64,000 nucleotides of DNA from a bacterium (GCA_963555815.3 CAUVWX020000001.1:1056001-1120000); one strand, 5' to 3'. Shown: positions 1 through 10,523, counted from the stretch's first letter. The notes: a model not told the origin generated them from the letters alone. Program-made: numbers and translations.

Positions 1-1
1 G

Positions 2-2344
2 AAGGTCCGCTTCGGCCACAAAGACCCCGATTTCATCGTCCGTAATTTCGGGACTCCCACCATCGGTTTCGGGGTCTTGAGAAAGACCGGGGCGAACACG
101 ATAGAGGTCATGAAAGGGGTTAAGAACGAGGTCGCCTTCCTCAATGACCGAGTGTATCAGGGAAAGGATATCCAAATCGTCCAGGTCTATGACGAGACCA
201 TCTACATCGACCGATCCATCCGAAATGTGCTGACGAACCTCCTCTACGGAGGCCTTCTGGCCATTGCGGTCCTCCTCATCTTCCTGCGAAGCCTCTCCAG
301 CACCCTTATCATTGCCTTTTCCATCCCCATCTCCCTGGTCACCACCTTCATCTTTCTCTCTCTCTTGGGGCGCAGCCTAAACACCATCTCTCTTGCCGGC
401 CTGGCCTTCGCCGGGGGGATTGTGGTCGACAACTCCATTGTGGTCCTGGAGAACATCTTCCGTCACCGTCAGGAGGGGAAGGGGAGGTTCGAGGCGGCCC
501 TTCAAGGGGCCACGGAGGTCTGGGGCGCCGTCCTCGCCTCCACCCTGACCACGCTGGCCGTTTTTCTCCCTATCCTTTTTGTCCAGGATGAGGCCGGGCA
601 GCTTTTCCGGGATATTGCCATCTCCATCTCCGCCGCCGTGGGAATCTCCCTGATCGTTTCCCTGACGGTTATTCCGATGCTCTCTTCTCGCATCCTCCGG
701 GTCGGGGGGCGCGGGGGAGGTGGTTTCAGACGCCTTTGGGACTGGGTGGGCCTCGGTGGGGTGGGGCGAGCCCTCCGCCGGGCCCTCCTTTTCGCCCTCG
801 CCTGGCTCATGAGGGGGACCGTTCGGCGAGTCGCCCTCGTCCTTTTGCTCACCCTGGGGGGGCTCGCAGCCGCCTATAGCCAGCTCCCGCCCCTTGACTA
901 CCTACCTCAGGGGAACCGAAACCTCATCTTCGGCTTGGTTAAGATCCCGCCCGGGTTCAACTTGGAGCAAAAGGGACTCATCGTGAGGGAGCTGGAAGAC
1001 CGGTTCGTGACCATGCCGGAGCTGGAGCGTGTCTTCTCGGCCGTCCGACAGCAGGACCCCATTTTCGTCATCATCGTCAAAGACGAATTCGCTCGAACGC
1101 CCTCCAGCATGCGGCAAGTTGTGGCGGAGCTTCGACAGCGTTCCCAGGGGGTCGCCGGGACCTCCTTCGTCTTTCTCTCGCAGTCCTCTCTCTTTCGCCG
1201 TCGAGGGGCCTTCATCGGCGGGACGAACCTTGAGGTCAACGTGAAGGGAGACGAGCTCGAAGAGATCCAGAGGGTTTCGGAACAGATTCTGTCGAGTGTC
1301 CGGCGTCTGCCCCAGGTGGGTTTTGTCAATACCAGCTTTGAACTGGGCAATCCCGAGCTCCAGGTCCGCGTGGACCGGGAGCGTGCGTCTGACCTTGGGC
1401 TCTCTGTGGACGAGATGGGATATGTGGTGGAGACCCTCGTCAAGGGGACTGAAGCTGGAAAATTCAGGGAGCGCGGTCGGGAGATCGACATCACCCTGAA
1501 GGGAGAAAACTATTCTGACCTTCGAACGCAAGACCTCGGCGCCTTCCTCCTCTATACCCCTGCGGGCCGGCCCATCCAGGTCTCCGACGTCGCCCAAATC
1601 AGCCTGGTCTCGGGGCCGACCAGGGTCGATCACACCGATCTCGACCGCTCCATCAGGCTGACGGTGAATATCGAGGGGAATATCCCCCTGGAGACGGCCA
1701 TCCAAGAGATTGAGCGGGAGGTGGTGGGCCCTATCCGAAGCCAGCTGCCCCTGGGCTACACCATTGACGTCTCAGGCCAGGCCAAGGACCTCTTCCTAAC
1801 CTGGAACGCCCTGAAATGGTCCTTTCTCCTTGCCCTCATCATCATCTATCTTCTGATGGCCTCCCTCTTTGAATCTTTCATCTTCCCTTTCATCATCATG
1901 TTCAGCGTCCCGGTGGCCCTGACAGGAGGGGTGCTGGCTGTCAAGCTGGCCAACGTTGTGGAGCAGACCGTCAAGCTGGACGTCCTCACCATGCTGGGCT
2001 TTTTCATCCTGGCGGGGATTGTGGTGAACAATGCCATCCTTCTCGTTCACCAGGCCCTGAACCTGATGCGGGAGGGAATGCCCCACCGAGAGGCCATCCT
2101 GGAGAGCACCCGGACCCGCTTTCGCCCCATCTTCATGACCACCGCCACGACGGTCTTCGGGATGCTCCCCCTCGTTGTGAGGCCCGGCGCTGGCTCTGAG
2201 CTTTATCGGGGTCTTGGGGCCGCCATCCTGGGGGGTCTTTCCCTCTCCGCCCTCTTCACCCTCCTCCTGGTCCCCACGCTCTTCTCCCTGTGGCTGGACT
2301 TCAGGGAGGGGATAAGGACACGCCTGGGCAAGGCCAGTCCCTGA
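2..2344 (+). CDS. AcrB/AcrD/AcrF-family RND efflux permease, 5' end outside the window
   Basis: Frame open from base 2. RND motifs GIVVDNSIVVLENIFRH, GIVVNNAILLV and RFRPIFMTT; multiple TM segments. Confidence 0.95.
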   Translation, partial: KVRFGHKDPDFIVRNFGTPTIGFGVLRKTGANTIEVMKGVKNEVAFLNDRVYQGKDIQIVQVYDETIYIDRSIRNVLTNLLYGGLLAIAVLLIFLRSLSSTLIIAFSIPISLVTTFIFLSLLGRSLNTISLAGLAFAGGIVVDNSIVVLENIFRHRQEGKGRFEAALQGATEVWGAVLASTLTTLAVFLPILFVQDEAGQLFRDIAISISAAVGISLIVSLTVIPMLSSRILRVGGRGGGGFRRLWDWVGLGGVGRALRRALLFALAWLMRGTVRRVALVLLLTLGGLAAAYSQLPPLDYLPQGNRNLIFGLVKIPPGFNLEQKGLIVRELEDRFVTMPELERVFSAVRQQDPIFVIIVKDEFARTPSSMRQVVAELRQRSQGVAGTSFVFLSQSSLFRRRGAFIGGTNLEVNVKGDELEEIQRVSEQILSSVRRLPQVGFVNTSFELGNPELQVRVDRERASDLGLSVDEMGYVVETLVKGTEAGKFRERGREIDITLKGENYSDLRTQDLGAFLLYTPAGRPIQVSDVAQISLVSGPTRVDHTDLDRSIRLTVNIEGNIPLETAIQEIEREVVGPIRSQLPLGYTIDVSGQAKDLFLTWNALKWSFLLALIIIYLLMASLFESFIFPFIIMFSVPVALTGGVLAVKLANVVEQTVKLDVLTMLGFFILAGIVVNNAILLVHQALNLMREGMPHREAILESTRTRFRPIFMTTATTVFGMLPLVVRPGAGSELYRGLGAAILGGLSLSALFTLLLVPTLFSLWLDFREGIRTRLGKASP

Positions 2345-2424
2345 GAAGGGTTCCTTCTGAGAGTTTCAAAAAAGAGGGGTTCGGGGGAGTTGATTCGGTT
2401 TCCTGATAAACCTAATGTATTACT

Positions 2425-3483
2425 TTATGTAGCTTCTGCCCCGGCCAGTATTTCCTGGGCCTCGGTGGAATCGATGTCGATTCCCTTGAAAGCCATGGGG
2501 GGCTCTTCCACCCCAAAATTCTTGTTCCGGAGCTCGTCCACCTGGTGAAGATCTGGGTCGGTCAGCTCAGGGGTGTCAGAGGCCGCGGCGAACTCCAAGA
2601 GCTGCTCCTCATTGTAGATATTGGGCAGGGTAGAGATCATCGTGGGGTCGGCCAGGATCCACTGGATGGCCGCCTGCCCGAGGGTCCTTTTTCCCCCCTT
2701 GGTCAGGAATTCCAGGGTTTCAATCTTTTTCAGGCCATTGATGAGCCAGGATCGGGGCCGGTGTCTTCGGTGGTCCTTGGGGCCGAAGACCGTGTCCTCT
2801 GTGTATTTGCCCTCCAGCATCCCTGAGGAGTGGGGGACCCGGACCAGGAATCCCGTGCTGCCCTCATCCCCGGCCACCCGGGCGAAGACGTTCCCCGGAT
2901 ACTGTTCGAGAAGGTTGTAGATGATCTGAATAGAAGGAATCTCTCGCTCCCGAATGGCCGCGACCCCTTCGGCGTGCCAGCCGATGGCCGGCCCCAGGGC
3001 GATGCCGAAATGCCGAATCTTGCCCTCGGCCTTGAGATCCTCCAGCACGCCAAAAAGCTCTCCGTCCCGGACCTGCTCAAGGCGCGCGTTATGGATCTGG
3101 TAGAGGTCGATGTAGTCCGTCTGAAGGCGTTTTAAACTTTGTTCACAGGCGTATCGGACAAAATCAGGCGAAAAGTCCTGCGGGATCTCTTTCTGGCCGT
3201 CGCGCTTTTCGCCGTGGTCATAGAAGTTGTAGCCGAACTTGGTGGCATAGACGACTTTCTCTCGGACGTCCTTTAGGGCCAGGGGCAAAAGGGCTTCACC
3301 CCGCCCGTTTCCGTAGGTGTCGGCCGTGTCAAAGAGGGTGACGCCGAGGTCGTAGGCCTTTCTAAGGAGGCGCGCCCCGTCTTCGTCGCTGAAATCCCCC
3401 CACCAACCGGTGGTTATCGTCCAGACGCCAAAGCCGACCACCGAAACCGCCAGATCCGTCTTTGGGAATGTTTTGTATTTCAT
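2425..3483 (-). CDS. Aldo/keto reductase
   Basis: FDTADTYGNG, YATKFG and SLKRLQTDYIDLYQIH motifs. Confidence 0.93.
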   Translation of the reverse strand: MKYKTFPKTDLAVSVVGFGVWTITTGWWGDFSDEDGARLLRKAYDLGVTLFDTADTYGNGRGEALLPLALKDVREKVVYATKFGYNFYDHGEKRDGQKEIPQDFSPDFVRYACEQSLKRLQTDYIDLYQIHNARLEQVRDGELFGVLEDLKAEGKIRHFGIALGPAIGWHAEGVAAIREREIPSIQIIYNLLEQYPGNVFARVAGDEGSTGFLVRVPHSSGMLEGKYTEDTVFGPKDHRRHRPRSWLINGLKKIETLEFLTKGGKRTLGQAAIQWILADPTMISTLPNIYNEEQLLEFAAASDTPELTDPDLHQVDELRNKNFGVEEPPMAFKGIDIDSTEAQEILAGAEAT

Positions 3484-3535
3484 CGCCTCACCTCGCCTGA
3501 CGCGACTTCCTGGACGGTCCCGGGCGCTCCCTTCT

Positions 3536-3916
3536 TTAGGAGGTCCCCACCGGGCTGGCCTCCCCGACCCGTTCCAGGACGATCTCGACGAGCTTTTTGT
3601 GAAAACCCAAAGGGGGGCCCAAAAGCACCGAGACGTTGGGGTGTTTTTTCTTTCCCTTCTCGATCTCTTTCGGGAGGTCCTCGATGACGTGGCGGCCCAT
3701 GTGGAGGAAATAGGGGATGACGACGACCTCCCCGGCCCCTTTCTCGACGCAGATGTCGATGGCCTCCGGGATGCTAGGCGAATTCAGCTCCAGGAAGCCA
3801 GCCTCGACGAGGTCATATTCCGTCGTCTCCCGGATCCGCTGGATGACCTCATACATCCCGGCGTTGGCGTCCTCGGCCTTGCTCCCGTGGCCGAGAAGGA
3901 GGACAGCTCGTTTCAT
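3536..3916 (-). CDS. cbiX: Short single-domain CbiX/SirB-type sirohydrochlorin chelatase
   Basis: LLLGHGS, GFLELNSPSI and PYFLHMGRHV motifs; 126 aa. Confidence 0.85.
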   Translation of the reverse strand: MKRAVLLLGHGSKAEDANAGMYEVIQRIRETTEYDLVEAGFLELNSPSIPEAIDICVEKGAGEVVVIPYFLHMGRHVIEDLPKEIEKGKKKHPNVSVLLGPPLGFHKKLVEIVLERVGEASPVGTS

Positions 3917-4975
3917 TTAGCTCCTTTTGTCAGCGCTCTCCTGGCTCACCGCAGTTCCCAGGTTCTCGCGCTCCCACTTGTCCTGCGCTTGGGTGAAGTA
4001 TTTGAGCCGGACTTTTTTGTACTCCTTGGTGCTGTAGAGAGTGGTGTAATTGGTGATGTCCGTCTTCTCAGATATGGCGTCCAGAATCTTTTGGCAGTCC
4101 TTGATGTTCCGCCCGTGAACCATCGTAAAAATGTTGTAGGGCCAGTCTTCGTAGGTGGGCCGAAGGTAACAGTGGCTTACCGCCTGAAAGGACGCCATCT
4201 GCACCCCCACCTCCTCTGCGCGCTCCGTGGGAACGGCCCAGACACCCATGGCGTTCGCCGTGAAGCCGGCGTCGCGGTGGTTCAGAACGGCGGAGAAGCG
4301 GCGCATGAACCCCTTCTGTTGTAGGACCTGGGCTCGGCGGAGGAGTTCTTCCTCTGTCCATCCAAGACGCCTTGCCATCGCCTCAAACGGTTTCGGGACA
4401 AGTTCGACGTCCTTCTGCAGCTCCCGGATGGCGGCGATGTCCTCTGCCGTCAGCTCCTTTCCGCCGTCCTTCCGACGCATCGCCTCGTGGTAGGCGGGCT
4501 CTTTCTGCTTCGTCAGGCTCTGCTGCCCCGTCATGTCGAGCTCCACGCCGATCTTGAACAGTTTGAGAGTGGGGAGGATCCGCGTCATCTCGGCGCCGGA
4601 GAGCTTATGGAGACGTTGGACAGTCGCTTCGAGGTCCGACGTCGGCGGACAGGCGACGGTGAACCAGAGGTTATAGGCGTGATCGCGTTTATAGTTGTGG
4701 CTCACGCCTGGGTGCTGGTTCACCACCTCGGCCGCCTCATCAATTCGCTCCTTCGCCACCTTCATGGCGACCAGGCTGCTCTTATAACCGAGGCTTCGCG
4801 TATCGAAGATGGCGCTGATCTGGCGGAGGATCCCCTCATCCTTCAGACGGCGGATCCGCTCAAACACCTCTTCTTCACCGATCCCATGGTGCTCCCCGAT
4901 CTCGGCGAAGGGGAGGGGGGTGAGTGAAAAAGGGCGCTGAAGGGTGTTGAGGAGTTTCTTGTCCAGGATGTCCAT
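3917..4975 (-). CDS. ahbAB: Fused siroheme decarboxylase AhbA-AhbB (NirDL/NirGH-like)
   Basis: Two tandem Lrp-like halves with GVSHNYKRDHAYNLWFT and VSHCYLRPTYEDWPYNIFTMVH. Confidence 0.88.
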   Translation of the reverse strand: MDILDKKLLNTLQRPFSLTPLPFAEIGEHHGIGEEEVFERIRRLKDEGILRQISAIFDTRSLGYKSSLVAMKVAKERIDEAAEVVNQHPGVSHNYKRDHAYNLWFTVACPPTSDLEATVQRLHKLSGAEMTRILPTLKLFKIGVELDMTGQQSLTKQKEPAYHEAMRRKDGGKELTAEDIAAIRELQKDVELVPKPFEAMARRLGWTEEELLRRAQVLQQKGFMRRFSAVLNHRDAGFTANAMGVWAVPTERAEEVGVQMASFQAVSHCYLRPTYEDWPYNIFTMVHGRNIKDCQKILDAISEKTDITNYTTLYSTKEYKKVRLKYFTQAQDKWERENLGTAVSQESADKRS

Positions 4976-5051
4976 TCAGGCGTCCCTGTGACCTAAAAGG
5001 GGTGCTCACCTAAGTGAGTGTCTTGGGAAGGCTCAATCGCTACGACTTCTA

Positions 5052-5080
5052 ATGATAAAAAGCCCCTCGGCCCCTGTCAA
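5052..5080 (-). promoter_or_regulatory. Sigma70-type promoter for ahbAB-cbiX-AKR
   Basis: Minus strand TTGACA-17 bp-TATCAT. Confidence 0.65.
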
Positions 5081-5133
5081 GTTGCAAAGGGCATCGACGG
5101 AAAACAAGAAAGACCACGCTCTTCCTATGCTCC

Positions 5134-6165
5134 TCACCCCGCCAGCATGTGGACCATGCGAAGAAGGTCGGAGTCAAAGGGTTTTTTTCGCGCGATGACG
5201 TCTGCGAGAGGGACGTGGACGATGCGGTTCGCCTGGGTCCCCACCATGATTCGGTCCTTTCCCTCGATGGTGGCCTCTACGGCCGCCACCCCAAGGCGGG
5301 TGGCCCGGATCCGGTCCCGCGCGGTGGGAGAGCCCCCCCGCTGGACATGACCCAGCACCGCGACCCGATAATCCATGTTCAGGCGCTTCTTGACCTCCTC
5401 GGCGAGGGCAAAGGCGCCGCCTGCCTCGTCTCCCTCCGCCACCACCACGATGAGCCCCTTTTTGCCCCGGTCGAGGGACCCCTGGATCGTGCGGCATAGG
5501 GCGTCTACATCCGTATCCGTCTCCGGGACCATGATGTCCTCCGCCCCCCCGGCAATCCCCACCTCTAGGGCGATGAACCCTGTCTGACGCCCCATCACCT
5601 CGACGAAGAAGACCCGCTCGTGGGAGAAGGCGGTGTCGCGCAGGCGGTCGATGGCCGAAAGGGCCGTATTGATGGCCGTGTCGTAGCCGATGGTGTAATC
5701 GGTCCCGTAGAGGTCATTGTCGATGGTGCCTGGCACCCCCACCACTTGGACCCCTTGTTCCCGGGCGAGGGCCTCGACCCCCCGGAAGGTCCCGTCCCCC
5801 CCGATGGCGATGAGGCCTTGGACGTGATGTCGTTTTAGATTCTCAGCCGCCTTGCTGCGGCCTTCCGCTTCCATGAAGGGGTCGCACCGGGAGGTTTCCA
5901 GCACAGTCCCGCCGCGTTGGATGATGTTCCCGACGCTGCGGCTGGTGAGGGGCCGGAAGTGATCCTCGATGAGCCCCCAGCAACCCCGGATGACCCCCAC
6001 CACCTCGGTGCCCCGGAATGAGGCTGTACGGACCACCGCCCGGATGCAGGCGTTCATCCCGGGGGCATCCCCCCCGCTGGTCAGGACGGCGATCCGCCTC
6101 TCCGGAGGGCTTTCGAGCTCCTCTGCGGAGAAAGAGGGAAGGGTTTCAGCGGTCGTCAATTCCAT
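5134..6165 (-). CDS. pfkA: ATP-dependent 6-phosphofructokinase
   Basis: LTSGGDAPGMNA, IGGDGT, PGTIDND, VEVMGR and LGHVQRGG motifs. Confidence 0.96.
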   Translation of the reverse strand: MELTTAETLPSFSAEELESPPERRIAVLTSGGDAPGMNACIRAVVRTASFRGTEVVGVIRGCWGLIEDHFRPLTSRSVGNIIQRGGTVLETSRCDPFMEAEGRSKAAENLKRHHVQGLIAIGGDGTFRGVEALAREQGVQVVGVPGTIDNDLYGTDYTIGYDTAINTALSAIDRLRDTAFSHERVFFVEVMGRQTGFIALEVGIAGGAEDIMVPETDTDVDALCRTIQGSLDRGKKGLIVVVAEGDEAGGAFALAEEVKKRLNMDYRVAVLGHVQRGGSPTARDRIRATRLGVAAVEATIEGKDRIMVGTQANRIVHVPLADVIARKKPFDSDLLRMVHMLAG

Positions 6166-6249
6166 GAAGAGACTCCTCGAAGGGAATACTTCGCGTCAGG
6201 TGGGCAATGGGCCTGACATTGATCAATGACGCAGGCGCCTTCTCTTGTT

Positions 6250-6786
6250 TTATTTCGTGATTTCCCAATAAAGGTGTCCGGCCTCGAGGAGGATGAGTTT
6301 TTCCATGGCGAGGCGGACGGCCCCTGAGGAGCCCGGGATGGCGAAGAGGACCTTGTTTCCCACGATCCCGGCCGTCGCCCGGCTCATCATGGCCCCGGAG
6401 CCGATGTCGGCGTAGCTGAGATAGCGAAAGATCTCGCCAAAGCCGGTCAGGGGCTTGTCGAGAAGGGAGGAGACGACCTCGAAGGTCCCGTCCCGCTTGG
6501 CGACCCCGGTGCCACCGTTCGTGATGATGACGGCCACCTCGGGGTTCTGGATACAGGCCGAAATCTCTCGCCGGATGTGCTCGGGATTCTCCTTCACGAC
6601 GCGGTAGTGGACGACCCGGTGGCCTTGGCCCAAGAGGAGCTCCTTGATGATTTGCCCGCTCTTGTCCGTTTCCTTGTTGCGGGTGTCGCTCATGGTCAGC
6701 ACCGCGAAGGGGAGATGGTTCCGGTCCTTGCTGAGTTCTTTGTGCTCGGTGTAACCGCCCTTGGTCTTCTTCTCGGCCATCAACAT
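6250..6786 (-). CDS. moaB: Molybdenum cofactor biosynthesis protein MoaB/Mog
   Basis: VLTMSDTR, DKSG, ITNGGTG and AMMSRATAG motifs. Confidence 0.9.
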   Translation of the reverse strand: MLMAEKKTKGGYTEHKELSKDRNHLPFAVLTMSDTRNKETDKSGQIIKELLLGQGHRVVHYRVVKENPEHIRREISACIQNPEVAVIITNGGTGVAKRDGTFEVVSSLLDKPLTGFGEIFRYLSYADIGSGAMMSRATAGIVGNKVLFAIPGSSGAVRLAMEKLILLEAGHLYWEITK

Positions 6787-6928
6787 CCTCCTCGCCGCCC
6801 CGTGTCCTCGACACGCTTCTCCTGTTAACCCTATCGTCTCAAGGCCCGCTCGCCTTCATCCCCCTAAATAGATACAATCCAGTATAATCTCTTCACTTTC
6901 GAATTCCCACCTTTGGAGACAGGCAGGG

Positions 6929-7750
6929 GTGGAAGGTCTCCTTCAGGAAAAGCTTACGGCGCTTCATACCATCCTGAAGGAGATGGGAAGTGTCCTTGTC
7001 GCCTTTTCGGGGGGAGTGGACAGCACCTTTCTCACCCGCGCGGCAAGGGACGTCTTTGGACCGAACACCCTCGCAGTCACCGCCCGTTCACCTTCACTGC
7101 CGGAGGCGGAGCTGGCCGAGGCCCTTCGTCTCGCCCGGACCATCGGGGTCCGCCACCTCGTCCTGGAGACTCACGAGGTCTCTGACCCACGCTATGCCGC
7201 CAACTCCCCGGACCGCTGCTATTACTGCAAGCAAGAACTTTTTGGGAGGCTCCTGCCCCTGGCCCAGAGGGAAGGCCTTCGCTATGTCGTCTACGGGGCC
7301 ATCCTGGATGACCTCGGGGACCACCGGCCGGGGCACCGAGCAGCCAAGGACTACAGTGTTCGGAGCCCCCTTCAAGAGGCCGGTCTCACGAAGGCCGAAA
7401 TTCGCCTCCTCTCCCGCGAGATGGGCCTTCCCACTTGGGACAAGCCGGCCATGGCCTGCCTCGCTTCCCGCATCCCCTATGGCCAGGTGGTAAGCCCCGA
7501 GAAGCTTCGCAGGATTGAAGCCGCCGAAGAGGTCCTTCGGGATCGAGGCTTTAGGCAGTGTCGCGTCCGCCACCACGAAGGCCTCGCCCGAATTGAGGTG
7601 GAACCCTCCTTAGTGCCCCGCCTCTTCGACCCCACCCTGATGGCCGATGTGACCCGTCGTCTTCAAGACCTTGGCTTTGCCTTCGTGGCCCTGGACCTTC
7701 GGGGGTATCGCTCGGGAAGTCTCAACGAGGCACTTGGCCGTGGAACCTGA
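6929..7750 (+). CDS. larE: ATP-dependent sulfur transferase LarE
   Basis: PP-loop AFSGGVDS, RCYYCK, DHRPG and KPAMACLASRIPYG. Confidence 0.93.
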   Translation: MEGLLQEKLTALHTILKEMGSVLVAFSGGVDSTFLTRAARDVFGPNTLAVTARSPSLPEAELAEALRLARTIGVRHLVLETHEVSDPRYAANSPDRCYYCKQELFGRLLPLAQREGLRYVVYGAILDDLGDHRPGHRAAKDYSVRSPLQEAGLTKAEIRLLSREMGLPTWDKPAMACLASRIPYGQVVSPEKLRRIEAAEEVLRDRGFRQCRVRHHEGLARIEVEPSLVPRLFDPTLMADVTRRLQDLGFAFVALDLRGYRSGSLNEALGRGT

Positions 7751-8495
7751 TCGCCTGCGCGCTCTGTTAAGGGAAGTGAAGGGAGGGGCCGTCTCGATAG
7801 AGGAAGCCCTGGATCACCTTCGGAAGCTGCCCTTCTCCGATCTTGGCTTCGCCAAGGTGGATCACCATCGACCCCTTCGAAATGGTTATCCCGAAGTCAT
7901 CTACTGCCCGGGAAAGAGCCCGGAGCAGGTGGCGGCCATTGCCCGGGATCTGGCGGAAGGGGGAGGAGTGGTCCTGGCAACGCGGGCGGGACAAGAAGCG
8001 CGGGAGGCCCTGGAGGGGGCACTGGGGCCTGTGGAGTATTATCCGCGCGCTCGTCTGGCAGTCCTGAACCGTCCCGCCAAGACCCCCCTGATCGGCCATG
8101 TGGCCGTCGTCAGCGCAGGGACCTCGGACGAGGCCGTCGCCGAGGAGGCAGCCTTGACGCTCGAAATTTTCGGGAGCCGAACAGACCGTATCTACGATGT
8201 CGGGGTCGCCGGGCTTCCCCGACTCCTCGCACATTATCCCCAGCTTCGAGAAGCGCGGGTGATCGTGGTGGTGGCCGGCATGGAAGGTGCGCTCCCCTCC
8301 GTCATCGGGGGACTGGTCGACTGCCCTGTCATCGCCGTTCCTACGAGCGTTGGGTATGGGGCGAGCTTCGGCGGGCTTGCGGCCCTCCTCAGCATGCTCA
8401 ACAGTTGCGCCCCCGGGGTCTCGGTGGTGAACATCGACAATGGCTTCGGGGCCGCCATGCAGGCCGACATGATCAATCGGCTGGGGCCACCGTGA
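7740..8495 (+). CDS. larB: Nickel-pincer cofactor biosynthesis protein LarB
   Basis: FAKVDHHR, AGTSD, DVGVAG and VPTSVGYGA motifs. GTG start chosen at 7740, overlapping the larE end. Confidence 0.92.
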   Translation: MEPDRLRALLREVKGGAVSIEEALDHLRKLPFSDLGFAKVDHHRPLRNGYPEVIYCPGKSPEQVAAIARDLAEGGGVVLATRAGQEAREALEGALGPVEYYPRARLAVLNRPAKTPLIGHVAVVSAGTSDEAVAEEAALTLEIFGSRTDRIYDVGVAGLPRLLAHYPQLREARVIVVVAGMEGALPSVIGGLVDCPVIAVPTSVGYGASFGGLAALLSMLNSCAPGVSVVNIDNGFGAAMQADMINRLGPP

Positions 8496-9682
8496 CGCTC
8501 GCCTACTTCGACTGTTTCTCAGGGGCGAGCGGCGACATGATCCTGGGCGCCCTCTTGGACGCGGGCCTGGAACTGAAAACCCTTCGACAGGAGCTGGAGA
8601 AGCTCCCTATCAGCGGCTTCAGCCTGGAGGCCGAAACTGTCCACAAGAACGGGTTTGGGGCGACCCAGGTAAAAGTGAGGGTGGAAGATCTTCAGGGTGA
8701 AAGAAAGCTCTCCGACATTGAGATGATCCTCCACAAAAGCTCCCTCTCCCCCGCTGTTTGTGAGAAGAGTTCGCGGGTCTTTCGGCGGCTGGCCGAGGTG
8801 GAGGCGACGCTCCATCAGGTCTCTGTCGACGAGGTCCATTTTCACGAGGTGGGGGCGCTTGACGCCATCGTAGACGTGGTGGGCTCTGTCGCGGGTCTGG
8901 AACTCCTCGGGGTGGAGCGGGTGGTCGTCTCTCCGATTCATCTCGGCACAGGATTTGTCCAGGCCGCCCATGGCGAAATGCCCATCCCGTCCCCCGCCAC
9001 CTTAGCGCTTGTCCGGGATGCCCCCGTCTATTCTCAAGGCATTGAGGCGGAGCTTCTTACCCCGACCGGCGCGGCACTCCTCACGACCCTGGCCGACGCC
9101 TTCGGCCCTCTTCCTCCCTTAAAGCCCCGGGCCATCGGTTACGGGGCGGGGAGTCGCGACCTGCCCATCCCGAACCTCCTTCGCCTCATCCTGGGAGACC
9201 CCTGGGAGGCGTCCAAAGAATCCTCCGTGGGGAGGGTTGAAGGCCTGGAACTCATCGAGGCCAATATCGATGACATGAACCCGCAGTTTTACGAGTACGT
9301 GAGCGAGAGGCTCTTCGCCGAAGGGGCCCTGGACGTCTATTGGACGGCCGTTGGAATGAAGAAGGGGCGCCCCGGCGTCCTCCTCTCCGTCCTGACGGCC
9401 CCAAAGAACCGAGAGGCCCTCGTCAAGACCCTGCTTCTGGAGACGACCACCCTGGGGGTCAGGTGGCACGCGGTGGAGAGGCTGGCCGTCGCCCGGCGTG
9501 AGGAGACCCTTCAAACCCGTTTTGGCCCTGTCCGCGTGAAGAAGTCCTGGCTGAATGGAAGGCCCTGCGGGTCAGCGCCGGAATACGAGGACTGCCGGCG
9601 GATTGCCAGGGAGCAGGGGGTTCCGCTTCGCGATGTCTATGAGGCGGTGCAGCGGGCCGTCCAGGAGGCGATCGGCGATTAG
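8492..9682 (+). CDS. larC: Nickel-pincer cofactor nickel insertase LarC
   Basis: YFDCFSGASGDMILGAL, VHFHEVGALDAIVD, EANIDDM and PEYEDC. GTG at 8492 overlaps the larB stop. Confidence 0.93.
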   Translation: MTLAYFDCFSGASGDMILGALLDAGLELKTLRQELEKLPISGFSLEAETVHKNGFGATQVKVRVEDLQGERKLSDIEMILHKSSLSPAVCEKSSRVFRRLAEVEATLHQVSVDEVHFHEVGALDAIVDVVGSVAGLELLGVERVVVSPIHLGTGFVQAAHGEMPIPSPATLALVRDAPVYSQGIEAELLTPTGAALLTTLADAFGPLPPLKPRAIGYGAGSRDLPIPNLLRLILGDPWEASKESSVGRVEGLELIEANIDDMNPQFYEYVSERLFAEGALDVYWTAVGMKKGRPGVLLSVLTAPKNREALVKTLLLETTTLGVRWHAVERLAVARREETLQTRFGPVRVKKSWLNGRPCGSAPEYEDCRRIAREQGVPLRDVYEAVQRAVQEAIGD

Positions 9683-9698
9683 AAATTTCTAGAGGTTT

Positions 9699-10523
9699 TT
9701 AGCGCCGTACGAAGCGGAAGACAATGGTTCCCCACTGCTCTTCGGCCTGAAGCTCGGGTGGGAAGGCGCTGAATTTCCACTGCTTGAGGTGGCCGGTGGC
9801 GGCCGCCTCCAGGGTGGCATCTCCCCGTGTCAGCGGGATCACGCGGACCACCGTCCCATCTGGCAGAACCCAGAATTTTAGCTCGATCTCCCCCTCAACG
9901 AGGGAAGGGGCCAAAAGGGCTGGCGGACGAAAGACCACCTCACGCTCTGCCGCTGGCCCGCGGATATCGAAGGGGGGCGGTTTTTGCTCCCGGCGGGTCT
10001 CCAGCTCTTTTTGGATGAGCGCGTGGCGGGTCTCCTCCGCTTCACGGTCCAGGCGGGCGAGGAGGGCCTCCTCGGGCCGCAGGGAGGGAAGGACCCCTCT
10101 CAGATCTGTTCCGAAGGGGACCCCCTGGGGCAGTGGGTTGGAGCCAATTTCCTCCCCGGGTGGTGGCAGGAGGACAGTCGAGGCGCCTGGGTTTTGAACG
10201 TTGATGTCAGGGGGGGGAAGCGGCTTCTCCAGGGTGGGAAGGATCGTGGAGAGGGCGAGTTCTTTGTCTGTCAAGTCGAACCCCGAGGGCTCCGCGACGA
10301 TGCCCAGGGGGGCCTGGTCAATCTCCGGCGGCGGAGGAAGAGGCTCTGCCTTAGGGGTTGGGGCCTCCGGCAAGGGAATATCTATTTGTCTGAGGTCCAC
10401 TTCGTGAAGCGGATGCCTGGGGCGGGGCTCAGGGGCCGTCGGGGCCGGGACAAAGGAGATGAACCCGCCGTGGATACCGAGAGAGAGAATCAAGCCCAGG
10501 ATAAATCCTGACCGGACTTTCAT
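9699..10523 (-). CDS. tonB: TonB-family energy transducer
   Basis: N-terminal TM with SxxxH (SLGIH), Pro-rich linker, TonB_C-like end (LKFWVLPDGTV...WKF). Confidence 0.8.
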   Translation of the reverse strand: MKVRSGFILGLILSLGIHGGFISFVPAPTAPEPRPRHPLHEVDLRQIDIPLPEAPTPKAEPLPPPPEIDQAPLGIVAEPSGFDLTDKELALSTILPTLEKPLPPPDINVQNPGASTVLLPPPGEEIGSNPLPQGVPFGTDLRGVLPSLRPEEALLARLDREAEETRHALIQKELETRREQKPPPFDIRGPAAEREVVFRPPALLAPSLVEGEIELKFWVLPDGTVVRVIPLTRGDATLEAAATGHLKQWKFSAFPPELQAEEQWGTIVFRFVRR

